Of a DNA stretch of 64,000 nucleotides, positions 34,324 to 44,834 are shown piece by piece. Origin of the DNA: Myxococcota bacterium. Its GTDB lineage: Bacteria; Myxococcota_A; UBA9160; UBA6930. The notes beneath the pieces were generated by a model. That model searched no databases and was not told where the DNA came from. It was given only the letters and a program-made list of their open reading frames with translations. Positions within the stretch are counted from its first letter, which is position 1. Every line of letters begins with the position of its first letter. The position numbers and the translations under genes are program-made. The stretch spans positions 1,760,001 to 1,824,000 of the forward strand of contig OZ245002.1 of the NCBI GenBank assembly GCA_965223415.1, written 5' to 3'.

Positions 34324-35834
34324 TAGATGTCGCGGGTGCGGTTCTGCCAGTAGCGGTCGCGCAGGCGGCGGACGTAGAGCTTGCCGGCGGCGGTGCGCGG
34401 CAGCTCCGGCTCGAAGTCCACGGAGCGGGGCACCTTGTAGGCGGCGAGGTGCTCCCGGGCGAAGGCGCGCAGCTCCTCAGCCAGCTCCGCGCTCGGCGCA
34501 TGGCCGGGCGCCAGCTCGACGGCGGCCTTCACCTGCTCGCCCCACTCGTCGTCGGGAATCCCGAAGACACCCACATCGGCCACCGCCGGATGCTCCTGGA
34601 GCACCTGCTCGATCTCGAGGGGATAGATGTTCACGCCCCCGGAGATGATCATGTTGGAGCGGCGGTCCGACAGGTAGACCCAGCCGTCGGCGTCGACCCG
34701 CCCCACGTCGCCGAGGGTGTGCGTCATTGGGTCGAGAAAGGCACCAGCGGTCTTCTCGGGATCGCCGTGGTAGGAGAAGAACCACTCGGTGGTGGCGTGG
34801 CGTGCGTAGAGGTCGCCGTCCTCGCCCGGGGCGAGGCGCTCCCCGTCGGGGCCCACCGCGAACACCTCGTACTGGGGAAGGGCGCGACCCACGGTGCCCG
34901 GGTGCGCACCCCAGGCCTCCGCCTCGACGAGGGTGGTGACGCCACCCTCGGTCCCGCCCCAGTACTCGAGCAGGATCGGCCCCCACCAGTCGAGCATGCG
35001 CTGCTTCACGGCCACCGAGACCGGCGCGGCGCCGTGGAGGACGGTGTGCAGGGACGGCGCGGAGAACGCGGCGCGCTCCTCCTCCGGCAGGCGCAGCAGC
35101 CGCACGAACATAGTCGGGACGAGATGCGTGTGGTGCACCTCCTCCTCGCGCAGCACCCGCAGCGCCTCACGCTCGTCCCAGCGCGGCAGCAGGCGGACCG
35201 GCGCGCCGGCGGCCTGGTCGTAGACGGCAAACATGAGCGGCGCCGCGTGGTAGAGCGGCCCGGTGACGAGATGAGGCCCGCTGCCGTCGCAGGCGATCGA
35301 CCGCGCATAGGCCTCCTGCCCTTCGAGGGCCTGGCGAAGGCTCGGCGCCCGCCGGCGCATCACGCCCTTGGGCCGGCCGGTCGTGCCGCTGGTGTAGATC
35401 ATGTTGCCGCCCGCGGGACCGCCCAGCGCCATCGGCTCGTCGGAGGTGCCAGCGAGCAGCCCGTCGAGCTCGGCGCCCACGACGACGACCTGCGCTGCGC
35501 CGCCGGCCCGAGCCGCCGCCTCGTGCTCCGGGTCCGCGAACACCACCCGGGCTCCGGAGTCCGCCACCACGTAGGCGATCTCCTCCGGGGTGAGGTGCCA
35601 GTTGATGGGCGTCATCCACACCCCGGCGTGGATGGCGGCCAGGATGCCCTCGACCCCTTCGACCCGGTTCCCGATGAGCAGCGCCGCGTGGTCGTCGGGG
35701 GCCAGGCCGAGCTCGCCCCGGAGGAGCCGGGCCCAGCGGCTCACCCGGTCGAGGAGCTCTGCCCAGCCCCGCCGGCGGGTGCCGTCGGAGAGGGCGAGGC
35801 CCTCGGGATCGGTGCGCGCCCGGTCGTGGAGCAT
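34323..35834 (-). CDS. Acyl-CoA synthetase (AMP-binding)
   Basis: YTSGTTGRPKG, PLYHAAP, EYWGGTEG and RTAAGKL. Confidence 0.92.
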   Translation of the reverse strand: MLHDRARTDPEGLALSDGTRRRGWAELLDRVSRWARLLRGELGLAPDDHAALLIGNRVEGVEGILAAIHAGVWMTPINWHLTPEEIAYVVADSGARVVFADPEHEAAARAGGAAQVVVVGAELDGLLAGTSDEPMALGGPAGGNMIYTSGTTGRPKGVMRRRAPSLRQALEGQEAYARSIACDGSGPHLVTGPLYHAAPLMFAVYDQAAGAPVRLLPRWDEREALRVLREEEVHHTHLVPTMFVRLLRLPEEERAAFSAPSLHTVLHGAAPVSVAVKQRMLDWWGPILLEYWGGTEGGVTTLVEAEAWGAHPGTVGRALPQYEVFAVGPDGERLAPGEDGDLYARHATTEWFFSYHGDPEKTAGAFLDPMTHTLGDVGRVDADGWVYLSDRRSNMIISGGVNIYPLEIEQVLQEHPAVADVGVFGIPDDEWGEQVKAAVELAPGHAPSAELAEELRAFAREHLAAYKVPRSVDFEPELPRTAAGKLYVRRLRDRYWQNRTRDI

Positions 35835-35850
35835 CCGGGGAGGTTACAGA

Positions 35851-35871
35851 AACGATACGTCTCGTTATGAT
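35851..35871. promoter_or_regulatory. Palindromic operator abutting the -10 box of the ipd operon
   Basis: AACGATACGTCTCGTT (14/16 symmetric) followed by TATGAT. Confidence 0.55.
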
Positions 35872-35948
35872 ATTACCCTCCTCTTCCCCGGCGGGAGTGG
35901 TGCGCCCGAGATCCGCGGCGCAGACTCCCGGCCCACCCCGGGAGGCCC

Positions 35949-36797
35949 ATGGACAAGCGCACCACCGAGGCGGAGGCCGTTGCCGAGCTTCGCTCTGGCA
36001 TGACGATCGGCATCGGCGGCTGGGGCTCGCGCCGCAAGCCCATGTCGATCGTCCGGGAGATCCTGCGCTCGCCGCTCCAGGACCTCACCGTCGTCACCTA
36101 CGGCGGCCCCGACGTGGGGCTCCTCTGCAAGTACGGCAAGGTGAAGCGGCTCGTCTACGGCTTCGTCTCGCTCGACTCGATCCCGCTCGAGCCCCACTTC
36201 CGCGCGGCCCGCCAGGCCGGTGCCATCCCGGAGGTTCGCGAGCTCGACGAGGGCATGCTCCAGTGGGGCCTCTACGCCGCCGCCCTGCGCCTGCCCTTCC
36301 TGCCCACCCGCGCCGGCCTCGGCACCGACGTCCTGCAGATCAACCCGGAGCTGCGCATGGTGGCCTCGCCCTACGAGGACGGTGAGGAGCTGGTCGCCAT
36401 GCCCGCCCTCGAGCTCGACGCCGCCTTCATCCACATGAACCGGGCGGACATGCACGGGGGCGGCCAGTACCTGGGCCCCGACTTCTACTTCGACGATCTC
36501 TACTGCATGGCCGCCAAGCGCCGCTTCATGACCTGCGAGAAGATCGTGGACACGAAGGACCTGCTCTCGGAAGGCTCGCTCCACACCCTGCGCATCAACC
36601 GCACCCTGATCGACGGCGTGATCGAGGCCCCGGGTGGCGCCCACTTCACCGAGTGCCCGCCGGACTACGGCCGAGACGAGAAGTTCCAGAGCGAGTACGC
36701 GGCCACGGCGAAGGACCCGGAGGCCTGGGACACGTTCAAGTCGGCCTACCTCGACGTCTCCGAGGCGGACTACCAGCAGAAGGTGGCGAACCGATGA
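35949..36797 (+). CDS. ipdA: Steroid ring-cleaving hydrolase subunit IpdA (CoA-transferase fold)
   Basis: LRSGMTIGIGGWGSRRKPM, YGGPDVGLLC, FVSLDSIP and ELDEGM. Confidence 0.9.
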   Translation: MDKRTTEAEAVAELRSGMTIGIGGWGSRRKPMSIVREILRSPLQDLTVVTYGGPDVGLLCKYGKVKRLVYGFVSLDSIPLEPHFRAARQAGAIPEVRELDEGMLQWGLYAAALRLPFLPTRAGLGTDVLQINPELRMVASPYEDGEELVAMPALELDAAFIHMNRADMHGGGQYLGPDFYFDDLYCMAAKRRFMTCEKIVDTKDLLSEGSLHTLRINRTLIDGVIEAPGGAHFTECPPDYGRDEKFQSEYAATAKDPEAWDTFKSAYLDVSEADYQQKVANR

Positions 36798-37555
36798 CCG
36801 ACGCAACCCGCGCCGAGGTGTGCGCCGTGGCGGTGGCCGAGGCCTTCCGCGGCGACGGCGAGATCCTGGTGAGCTGCTTCGGCACCACGCCGGCGGTGGG
36901 CGCCCGCCTCGCGCGCCTCACCTTCGAGCCCGACATCCTGATGACCGACGGCATCTGCTCGCTGCTGGCGAACGTCGACCCGGTGAGCGGCGACAAGCCC
37001 GAGCCGGTGGTCGAGGGCTGGGCGCCCTTCCGCTCGATCTTCGATCTGCTGTGGGGCGGGCGGCGTCACGTGATGATGTTCGCCAGCCAGATCGACCGCT
37101 ACGGCAACCAGAACTTCGCCTGCATCGGCGACCACGCCCAGCCGAAGGCCCAGCTGCTCGGCATGCGCGGCGCACCGGGCAACACGATCAGCCACCGCAC
37201 GTCGTACTGGGTGTCGAACCACTCCCCGAACGTCTTCGTCGAGAAGGTCGACGTGGTGAGCGGCGTCGGATACGACCGGGCCCGGGCGCTCGGTCCGCAG
37301 TCCTCGCGCTTCCACGACATCCACCGGGTGATCTCGAACCTCGGCGTCTTCGACTTCGAGACCCCGGACCAGCGCATGCGCCTCGCGTCGGTGCACCCCG
37401 GCGTCACGGTGGACGAGGTGGTCGAGAAGACCGGCTTCGAGCTGGCCATCGACGGCGACGTGCCGACGACGCGCGGCCCGAGCGAGGAGGAGCTGCAGCT
37501 CATCCGCGAGGCCATCGATCCGAAGGGGCTGATCAACAAGGAGGTGCGGTCCTAG
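36794..37555 (+). CDS. ipdB: IpdB subunit
   Basis: TRAEVCAVAVAEAFRGDGEIL, VEGWAPF, GRRHVMM and RGAPGNT. Confidence 0.9.
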   Translation: MTDATRAEVCAVAVAEAFRGDGEILVSCFGTTPAVGARLARLTFEPDILMTDGICSLLANVDPVSGDKPEPVVEGWAPFRSIFDLLWGGRRHVMMFASQIDRYGNQNFACIGDHAQPKAQLLGMRGAPGNTISHRTSYWVSNHSPNVFVEKVDVVSGVGYDRARALGPQSSRFHDIHRVISNLGVFDFETPDQRMRLASVHPGVTVDEVVEKTGFELAIDGDVPTTRGPSEEELQLIREAIDPKGLINKEVRS

Positions 37556-37565
37556 ACCGCGCGCC

Positions 37566-38633
37566 ATGCCCTCCCCCCTCCACACCCGGCTCTGCGACCT
37601 GCTCGGCGTGTCCGTGCCGATCGTGCAGACCGGCATGGGCTGGGTCGCGACGCCCGAGCTGGTGGCCGGCGCCTGCAACGCGGGCGCCTTCGGCTTCCTG
37701 GCGGCCGCGTCGCTGCCGCTGGACGAGGTGGAGAAGCGCATCGTCTCCACGAAGGAGCTGACGGCGCGCCCCTTCGGCGTGAACTTCCTGATGGACGCGC
37801 CCGGGGCGGAGGAGATCACCGACATGATCCTCCGTCACGGCGTGCGCGCCGCGGGCTACAACCGCGCGCCGAGTGCCGACCTGATCGATCGCCTCAAGGC
37901 CGGCGGCGTCCTGTGCGTGCCCACCTGCGGCGCACCGCGCCACGTGCAGAAGGCCGAGAAGCTCGGCGCCGACGCGGTGATCGTGCAGGGCGGCGAAGGC
38001 GGCGGCCACACCGGCACGATCCCGACCTCGCTCCAGGTTCCCGCCTGCGCCGACGCCGTCGACATCCCGGTGATCGCCGCCGGCGGCTTCAAGGACGGCC
38101 GCGGCCTGGTGGCGGCCCTCGCCTACGGCGCCGAGGGCATCGCCATGGGCACCCGCTTCCTGATGACCGCCGAGAGCCCGGTGCCGGCGGTGACGACGGA
38201 CCGCTACGCGAAGGCCGGCCTGATGGACGTGATCGTCACCCGCGAGATCGACGGCATGCCCCAGCGCGTCGTCGTGAACGAGCTGGTGCACGAGCTGGAG
38301 AACGCCGGGCCGCTGAAGCGCCTGCTCCTCGCGGCGCGGAACGGCCTCGAGTTCCGGCGCGTCACCGGCGCCACGATTCCCGAGCTGCTGCGCTCCGCCC
38401 TCTCGATGCGGAAGAACGAGGGCCTCTCGCGCTCGCAGATGCTGATGGCCGCCAACGCGCCCATCCTGGCGAGGCGCGCCATGAACGACGGCGACCCGGT
38501 GGGCGGCTACCTGCCGAGCGGCACCGTGGCCGGCGTGATCGACGACCGCCCCACCTGCGCCGAGCTGATCGGGCGCATCGTGCGCGAGGCCGAGGAGACG
38601 CTCGCGCGCCTCCAGGCCGGAAGCGAGGAGTGA
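37566..38633 (+). CDS. ipdC: IpdC (nitronate monooxygenase-family flavoprotein)
   Basis: PIVQTGMGWV, QGGEGGGHTG, AMGTRFL and MAANAP, plus operon context. Confidence 0.82.
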   Translation: MPSPLHTRLCDLLGVSVPIVQTGMGWVATPELVAGACNAGAFGFLAAASLPLDEVEKRIVSTKELTARPFGVNFLMDAPGAEEITDMILRHGVRAAGYNRAPSADLIDRLKAGGVLCVPTCGAPRHVQKAEKLGADAVIVQGGEGGGHTGTIPTSLQVPACADAVDIPVIAAGGFKDGRGLVAALAYGAEGIAMGTRFLMTAESPVPAVTTDRYAKAGLMDVIVTREIDGMPQRVVVNELVHELENAGPLKRLLLAARNGLEFRRVTGATIPELLRSALSMRKNEGLSRSQMLMAANAPILARRAMNDGDPVGGYLPSGTVAGVIDDRPTCAELIGRIVREAEETLARLQAGSEE

Positions 38634-38637
38634 CCCC

Positions 38638-39399
38638 GTGGCCTTCACCGTGAACCTCGAGAACGCGGTCGCCGAGCTGGTGATCGACAACCCGCCGGTG
38701 AACGCCTTCGCCACCCGCCACTGGAGCGAGCTGGCGGAGCTCGTCACCTCCCTCGGCAAGGGCGGCGAGGCCCACGTGGTCGTGATCCGGGCCGAGGGGC
38801 GCGGCTTCCAGTGCGGCGTCGACGTGAAGGAGCTGGCGGAGGACGGCACGCTCATCGTCGAGGCCAACCGGGGCTGCTACGACCTGTTCGGCGCCATCTA
38901 CGACTGCAAGGTGCCGGTGATCAGCGCCGTGCACGGCTACTGCCTGGGCGGCGGCATCGGCATCGCCGGCTCGAGCGACCTCGTGATCTGCTCCGACGAC
39001 GCCACCTTCGGCCTGCCCGAGATCGACCGCGGCGCCCTGGGCGCCGCCACCCACGCCATGCGCATGTTCGGCACCCAGGAGGCGCGCCGCATGCTGCTGA
39101 CCGGCGAGCCGATCGACGCCGCCGAGGCCCATCGACTGGGCGGCGTGCTGCAGGTGGTGCCGAAGGAGAAGCTGCGCGACGCGGCGCTCGAGCTGGCGGC
39201 GAAGATCGCGAGCAAGAGCCCGAAGGCGGTCGAGCTCGCCAAGTGGTCGCTGAACGGCATCGAGCTGCTCGATCCGAAGGAGAGCTACCGCTACGAGCAG
39301 GGCTTCACCCTCGAGCTCTACACGAGCCCGGACTCGCAGGAATCGCGCGACGCCTTCGTCGAGAAGCGCGATGCGGACTTCGACGGAAGCAAGAAGTAG
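38638..39399 (+). CDS. echA20: Enoyl-CoA hydratase EchA20-like
   Basis: PPVNA, RAEGRGFQCGVDVKE, GLPEIDRGALGAATH and SYRYEQGFT. Confidence 0.85.
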   Translation: MAFTVNLENAVAELVIDNPPVNAFATRHWSELAELVTSLGKGGEAHVVVIRAEGRGFQCGVDVKELAEDGTLIVEANRGCYDLFGAIYDCKVPVISAVHGYCLGGGIGIAGSSDLVICSDDATFGLPEIDRGALGAATHAMRMFGTQEARRMLLTGEPIDAAEAHRLGGVLQVVPKEKLRDAALELAAKIASKSPKAVELAKWSLNGIELLDPKESYRYEQGFTLELYTSPDSQESRDAFVEKRDADFDGSKK

Positions 39400-39401
39400 C
39401 G

Positions 39402-40559
39402 ATGGACCTGGACTACACCCCCGACCAGCAGGCCTTCCGGCGCGAGGTCCGCGAATGGCTCGAAGCCAACGTGCCGGCCGAGCCGCTCCAGAGCTTCGAC
39501 ACCGCCGAGGGCTCGAAGCAGCACCGGGAGTGGGAGGCGCGCCTCAACGCCGGCGGCTGGGCGATGGTGCCGTGGCCGGTGGAGTACGGGGGCCGCGGCG
39601 CCAACCTGCTCGAGTGGCTGATCTTCGAGGAGGAGTACTACCGGTCCGGCGCGCCCAAGCGCATCAACCAGAATGGCATCTTCCTGCTCGGCCCGACCAT
39701 CATGGAGTACGGCACCGACGAGCAGAAGGCGCGCTTCCTGCCGAAGATGGCGGCGAGCGAGGAGGTCTGGGCCCAGGGCTGGAGCGAGCCGAACGCCGGC
39801 TCGGACATGGCCAACATCCAGAGCACCGCGATCCTGGACGGCGACCACTACGTGGTGAACGGCCAGAAGACCTGGGCCTCCCGGGGCGCGTTCGCCGACT
39901 GGCTGTTCGGGATGTTCCGCACCGACCCGGAGAGCGAGCGCCACCGCGGCCTCACCTTCATCCTCGTTCCCCTCGACCTCCCGGGCATCACGGTGCGGCC
40001 GATCGAGCAGCTCGACGGCCTGCCCGGCTTCGCCGAGGTGTTCTTCGACGACGTGCGGGTGCCGGCGGTGCATCGCCTCGGCGAGGAGGGCAAGGGCTGG
40101 AACGTGGCGATGGCCACGGCTGGCTTCGAGCGCGGGCTCATGCTGCGCAGCCCGGCCCGCTTCCAGGACACGGCGCGGCGGCTGGTCGAGCTGGCCCGCG
40201 CCCACGGCGACACAGTGGAGCGGGCGATGCAGAGCGAGGTGGCGCGCTGCTGGATCGCCGCAGAGGCCTACACGCTCGAGACCCACCGCACGGTCTCGCG
40301 GCTCCTGGCCGGCGGGAAGATCGGCGCCGAGGCCAGCCTGAACAAGATCTTCTGGAGCGAGCTCGACCTGCGTATGCACGAGCTGGCCCTCGAGATCCTG
40401 GGCGATCGGGGCGAGCTCCTGTCCGGGGCGCCGGCCGCGGACGGTGTCGGCAGCTGGCTCGACGGCTACCTCTTCGCGCTCTCGGGCCCGATCTACGCCG
40501 GCACGAACGAGATCCAGCGCAACATCATCGCCGAGCGCATCCTGGGGCTGCCGAGGTAG
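39402..40559 (+). CDS. Acyl-CoA dehydrogenase, FadE31-like
   Basis: WLIFEEEYYR, WAQGWSEP and PIYAGTNEIQRNIIAER. Confidence 0.85.
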   Translation: MDLDYTPDQQAFRREVREWLEANVPAEPLQSFDTAEGSKQHREWEARLNAGGWAMVPWPVEYGGRGANLLEWLIFEEEYYRSGAPKRINQNGIFLLGPTIMEYGTDEQKARFLPKMAASEEVWAQGWSEPNAGSDMANIQSTAILDGDHYVVNGQKTWASRGAFADWLFGMFRTDPESERHRGLTFILVPLDLPGITVRPIEQLDGLPGFAEVFFDDVRVPAVHRLGEEGKGWNVAMATAGFERGLMLRSPARFQDTARRLVELARAHGDTVERAMQSEVARCWIAAEAYTLETHRTVSRLLAGGKIGAEASLNKIFWSELDLRMHELALEILGDRGELLSGAPAADGVGSWLDGYLFALSGPIYAGTNEIQRNIIAERILGLPR

Positions 40560-40561
40560 GT

Positions 40562-41626
40562 ATGGACTTCCGTTTCGACGACGACCAGGAGCTGCTCCAG
40601 ACGACAGTGCGCGAGTTCCTCCAGGGCGAGGTGACGCCGGAGGTGGTGCGCGGCCTCTGGGAGACCGACACCGGCCGCTCCCCCGAGCTGTGGAAGCAGC
40701 TGGCCGAGATCGGGCTGCCGGGCCTGCTCGTGCCCGAGACCCACGGCGGCATGGGCATGAGCGAAGAGGAGATGGTGCTCCTCATCGAAGAGTCCGGCCG
40801 CGCAGCGCTCGCGGAGCCGGTGATCGGCACCGCTGCGGTCGCCGTGCCGCTCCTCACGGACTTGGGCGGCGCGCTGGCCGACGAGTGGCTGCCGAAGATC
40901 GCGGCGGGCGAGGCGGTCGTGGCAGTCGGCCATCCGGTGAGCCCGTTCGTGGAGGACGCGCACGTCGCAGGTCTGCTGCTGCTACCCGGCGACGATGGTG
41001 GCTTGCATGCCGTGCCCGCGGCGAACGCGGAGATCACCGTGCAGCCGGCCAACGATCCCGGGCGCCGCATCGCGAGCGTGGCCTTCTCGGTGGGCGAAGC
41101 CACCTGCGTGGCGAGCGGCGACGAGGCGAGCGCGCTGCTCGCCGCCAGCCTGGATCGCGGCGCCCTCGCCTGCGCCGCCGGCGCCCTCGGCGTGTGCGAC
41201 CGCATGCTGGCGCTGGCCGCCGAGTACACCAGCGAGCGCAAGCAGTTCGGCAAGCCGATCGGCTCCTTCCAGGCCGTGAAGCACATGCTGGCGGACGTGA
41301 AGGTGAAGCTCGAGTACGCGCGCCCGGTGGTGCAGCGCGCGGCCCATTCGGTGGCCCATGCCGCGGCCCACCGCGACGTGCACGTCTCGATGGCCAAGCT
41401 CACCGCCTGTGAAGCGGCGACCCTCGGTGCCAAGACGGCGCTGCAGGCCCACGGCGCCATCGGCTACACCTGGGAGCAGGATCTCCACCTCTGGATGCGC
41501 CGTGCCTGGTCCCTGGACCAGGCGTGGGGCCGCGCTTCCTTTCACCTGGGCCGGGTGCGGGAGGCGCTCTTCGCGAGCGACCTCCCGATCGGTCCGGGAA
41601 CCACGTTCCAAGCAGGAGAAGCATGA
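40562..41626 (+). CDS. Acyl-CoA dehydrogenase, FadE32-like partner subunit
   Basis: RKQFGKPIGSFQAVKH and ALQAHGAIGYTWEQDLHLW. Confidence 0.85.
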   Translation: MDFRFDDDQELLQTTVREFLQGEVTPEVVRGLWETDTGRSPELWKQLAEIGLPGLLVPETHGGMGMSEEEMVLLIEESGRAALAEPVIGTAAVAVPLLTDLGGALADEWLPKIAAGEAVVAVGHPVSPFVEDAHVAGLLLLPGDDGGLHAVPAANAEITVQPANDPGRRIASVAFSVGEATCVASGDEASALLAASLDRGALACAAGALGVCDRMLALAAEYTSERKQFGKPIGSFQAVKHMLADVKVKLEYARPVVQRAAHSVAHAAAHRDVHVSMAKLTACEAATLGAKTALQAHGAIGYTWEQDLHLWMRRAWSLDQAWGRASFHLGRVREALFASDLPIGPGTTFQAGEA

Positions 41627-42780
41627 TCATGGCAGAGGCCTACATCATCGACGCGATCCGAACACCCGTCGGCCGTCGGGGCGGCGGGCTCGCCCAGGTG
41701 CACTCGGCGGATCTCGGCGCCCACGTGATCAAGGGGCTGGTCGAGAGCAGCTGCGTCGACCCGAACGCGGTCGAGGACGTGATCTTCGGCTGCTGCGACA
41801 CGATCGGCCCCCAGGCCGGCGACATCGCGCGCACTTGCTGGCTCGCCGCGGGCCTGCCGGAGCACGTGCCCGGGGTGACGATCGACCGGCAGTGCGGCTC
41901 CTCCCAGCAGTCCGTGCACTTCGCGGCCCAGGGCGTGATGAGCGGGACCAGCGACCTGATCGTCGCCGGCGGCGTGCAGAACATGAGCGCCATCCCGATC
42001 TCGTCGGCCATGACCGTGGCCGAGCCGTTGGGCTTCGAGAACCCCTTCTCGGGCTCCGAGGGCTGGGAGGCGCGCTACGGGACGCAGGAGGTCTCCCAGT
42101 TCCGCGGTGCCGAGATGATTGCCGATAAGTGGGACATCTCCCGCGAAGACATGGAGCGCTTCGCCTACGAGAGCCACCGGCGGGCGATCGCGGCGATCGA
42201 CGCGGGGAAGTTCGCAGACGAGATCGCGCCGCTGGCAGGCGTGGAGCACGACGAGGGGCCGCGGCGCGATACCACCCTCGAGAAGATGGCGGGGCTCAAG
42301 CCGCTCATCGAAGGCGGCGAGCTCACCGCCGCCATGGCCAGCCAGATCAGCGACGGCGCCTCGGCCATGCTGATCGCGAGCGAGCGGGCGGTGAAGGACC
42401 ACGGGCTCACGCCCCGCGCGCGCATCCACCACATCAGCGTGCGCGCCGACGATCCCATCTACATGCTCACCGCACCGATCCCGGCGACGAAGCACGCGCT
42501 GGAAAAGACGGGCATGACGAAGGACGACATCGACCTCGTCGAGATCAACGAGGCCTTCGCCCCGGTCGTGCTGGCCTGGCAGAAGGAGACCGGCTGGGAT
42601 CTCTCGAAGGTGAACGTGAACGGCGGCGCGATCTCGCTGGGGCACCCGATCGGCGCCACCGGCACCCGCCTGATGACGACGCTGCTCCACGAGCTCGAGC
42701 GCACGGGCGGACGCTACGGCCTGCAGACCATGTGCGAGGGCGGCGGGCAGGCGAACGTCACCATCATCGAGCGAGCCTGA
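41623..42780 (+). CDS. fadA6: Acetyl-CoA C-acyltransferase FadA6-like
   Basis: DRQCGSSQQ, EINEAFA, GHPIGATG and TMCEGGG. Confidence 0.85.
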   Translation: MIMAEAYIIDAIRTPVGRRGGGLAQVHSADLGAHVIKGLVESSCVDPNAVEDVIFGCCDTIGPQAGDIARTCWLAAGLPEHVPGVTIDRQCGSSQQSVHFAAQGVMSGTSDLIVAGGVQNMSAIPISSAMTVAEPLGFENPFSGSEGWEARYGTQEVSQFRGAEMIADKWDISREDMERFAYESHRRAIAAIDAGKFADEIAPLAGVEHDEGPRRDTTLEKMAGLKPLIEGGELTAAMASQISDGASAMLIASERAVKDHGLTPRARIHHISVRADDPIYMLTAPIPATKHALEKTGMTKDDIDLVEINEAFAPVVLAWQKETGWDLSKVNVNGGAISLGHPIGATGTRLMTTLLHELERTGGRYGLQTMCEGGGQANVTIIERA

Positions 42781-42789
42781 GGAGAGGGA

Positions 42790-43692
42790 ATGGGAATCTG
42801 CGACGGAAGGGTCGTCATCGTCACCGGGGCGGCCCGCGGCATCGGCCGCGAGCACGCGCTGGCCTTCGCCAGAGAGGGCGCGAAGGTCGTCGTGAACGAC
42901 CTCGGAGTGGAGCTCGACGGCACCGGGGGCGGCTCCGGCCCGGCCGGCGAGGTGGTCACCCAGATTCGCGACGAGGGCGGCGAAGCCGTCGCCAACGGCG
43001 CCGACGTGGCCGACTGGGCCCAGACCGGCGAGGCGGTGAAGCAGACCCTCGAGGCCTTCGGCCGCCTCGACGTGGTCGTGAACAACGCCGGCTTCGTGCG
43101 CGACCGCATGTTCGTCTCCTGCAGCGAGGAGGAGTGGGACGCGGTGGTGAAGGTGCACCTGAAGGGCCACTTCTGCCTGGCGCGCCACGCTGCGGAGCTG
43201 TGGCGGAACGAGTCGAAAGCGGGCAACCCGGTCGACGCGCGCATCATCAACACCAGCAGCGGCGCCGGCCTTCAGGGCTCGATCGGCCAGAGCTCCTACT
43301 CGGCAGCGAAGGCCGGCATCGCGACGCTCACCCTCATCCAGGCCGCCGAGCTCGGTCGCTACGGCATCACCGCCAACGCCATCGCTCCCTCGGCGCGCAC
43401 GCGCATGACCGAAGGCCCGTTCGCCGAGATGATGGCCAAGCCCGAAGAGGGATTCGACGCCATGGACCCGGCCAACGTCTCGCCGCTCGTGGTGTGGCTG
43501 GGCAGCGCCGAGTCGAAGGACGTCACCGGGCAAGTCTTCGAGATCGCCGGTGGCGAGCTCAGCGCCGCCGACGGCTGGCGCACGGGCGAAAAGATCGACC
43601 GCGGCGCCCGCTGGGCCCCGGACGAGATCGGCGCCGCGGTCCACGACCTCCTCGCCAAGGCCCCGCCGGCGCAGAAGGTCTACGGCACCTAG
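42790..43692 (+). CDS. SDR oxidoreductase (Rv3548c-like)
   Basis: TGAARGIG, NNAGFVRDRM, YSAAK and AMDPANVSPLV. Confidence 0.88.
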   Translation: MGICDGRVVIVTGAARGIGREHALAFAREGAKVVVNDLGVELDGTGGGSGPAGEVVTQIRDEGGEAVANGADVADWAQTGEAVKQTLEAFGRLDVVVNNAGFVRDRMFVSCSEEEWDAVVKVHLKGHFCLARHAAELWRNESKAGNPVDARIINTSSGAGLQGSIGQSSYSAAKAGIATLTLIQAAELGRYGITANAIAPSARTRMTEGPFAEMMAKPEEGFDAMDPANVSPLVVWLGSAESKDVTGQVFEIAGGELSAADGWRTGEKIDRGARWAPDEIGAAVHDLLAKAPPAQKVYGT

Positions 43693-44826
43693 ATGGACTT
43701 CCGTTTCACGGAAGTCCAGGAGGAGCTCCGGGAGATGGCCCGGGCGTTCCTTTCCGAGGTGTCGGGCTCCGAGCAGGTGCGGGCCGCGATGACGAGCGAG
43801 CTCGGCTACGACCCGGAGGTGTGGAAGCGTGTCGGCGCCGAGCTGGGCTGGCCGGCCGTCACCATCCCGGAGGCCTACGGCGGCCTCGGCCTCGGCGAGG
43901 TCGAGCTGGTGGCGCTGATGGAGACAATGGGAGAGGCGGTCTTCTGCGCACCCTTCTTCGCCAGCGTCGCGCTCGGCGCGAATGCGATCCTGGCAGCCGG
44001 GAGCGAGGCGCAGAAGCAGGCGCTCCTGCCCGACCTGGCCGAGGGGGTCTCGACCGCGACACTCGCCCTCGCCGAGGGAGGCGGTGGCTGGGCAGCCGAG
44101 GACGTCGGCGCGACCTTCCGGCCCGATGGCGACGAGCTGGTGCTCTCCGGCACGAAGCGGCACGTCGTGGACGGCCACTCGGCAGATCTCGTCGTCGTGG
44201 CCGTTCGGGAGGAGGGCTCGGCCAGCCGGGACGGCGTGTCCCTCGTTGCGCTGCCCGGCGACACGCCCGGGCTCGAGCGCCGTGCCCTCCCCACCCTCGA
44301 CCAGACCCGGCGCCTCGCCGAGATCCGCCTGGACGGCGTGAGGGTGCCGGCCGCCGCCCGGCTCGATGCCGGCGACGCCGACGCCCTGGGCGCCATCCTC
44401 CAGCGCGCCGCCGTCGCACTCGCCGCCGAGCAGGTGGGCGGCGCCCAACGCTGCCTCGAGATGGCCGTCGCCTACTCGAAGGAGCGCGTGCAGTACGGCC
44501 GACCGATCGGCGCCTTCCAGGCGATCAAGCACAAGTGCGCCGACATGATGGTGAAGATCGAGTCGGCCCGGTCCGCCGTCTACTACGCGGCCTGCGTCGC
44601 CGCCGAGGGCGGCGAGGCGCTGCCCCTGGCCGCATCGATGGCGAAGGCCGCCGCCTCGGACGCCTACTTCTTCGCCGCCGGCACCACGCTCCAGATCTTC
44701 GGCGGCGTCGGCTTCACCTGGGAGTACGACGTCCACCTCTACTTCAAGCGCGCCCGCTCGAGCGCGAGCCTGCTGGGCGACGCCGCCCACCACCGCGAGC
44801 TCGTCGCCCGGGCCATCGGGCTCTAG
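43693..44826 (+). CDS. Acyl-CoA dehydrogenase, FadE33-like subunit
   Basis: VRAAMTSELGYD, TLDQTRRLA, FQAIKH and GGVGFTWEYD. Confidence 0.82.
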   Translation: MDFRFTEVQEELREMARAFLSEVSGSEQVRAAMTSELGYDPEVWKRVGAELGWPAVTIPEAYGGLGLGEVELVALMETMGEAVFCAPFFASVALGANAILAAGSEAQKQALLPDLAEGVSTATLALAEGGGGWAAEDVGATFRPDGDELVLSGTKRHVVDGHSADLVVVAVREEGSASRDGVSLVALPGDTPGLERRALPTLDQTRRLAEIRLDGVRVPAAARLDAGDADALGAILQRAAVALAAEQVGGAQRCLEMAVAYSKERVQYGRPIGAFQAIKHKCADMMVKIESARSAVYYAACVAAEGGEALPLAASMAKAAASDAYFFAAGTTLQIFGGVGFTWEYDVHLYFKRARSSASLLGDAAHHRELVARAIGL

Positions 44827-44834
44827 GAGCCGAC

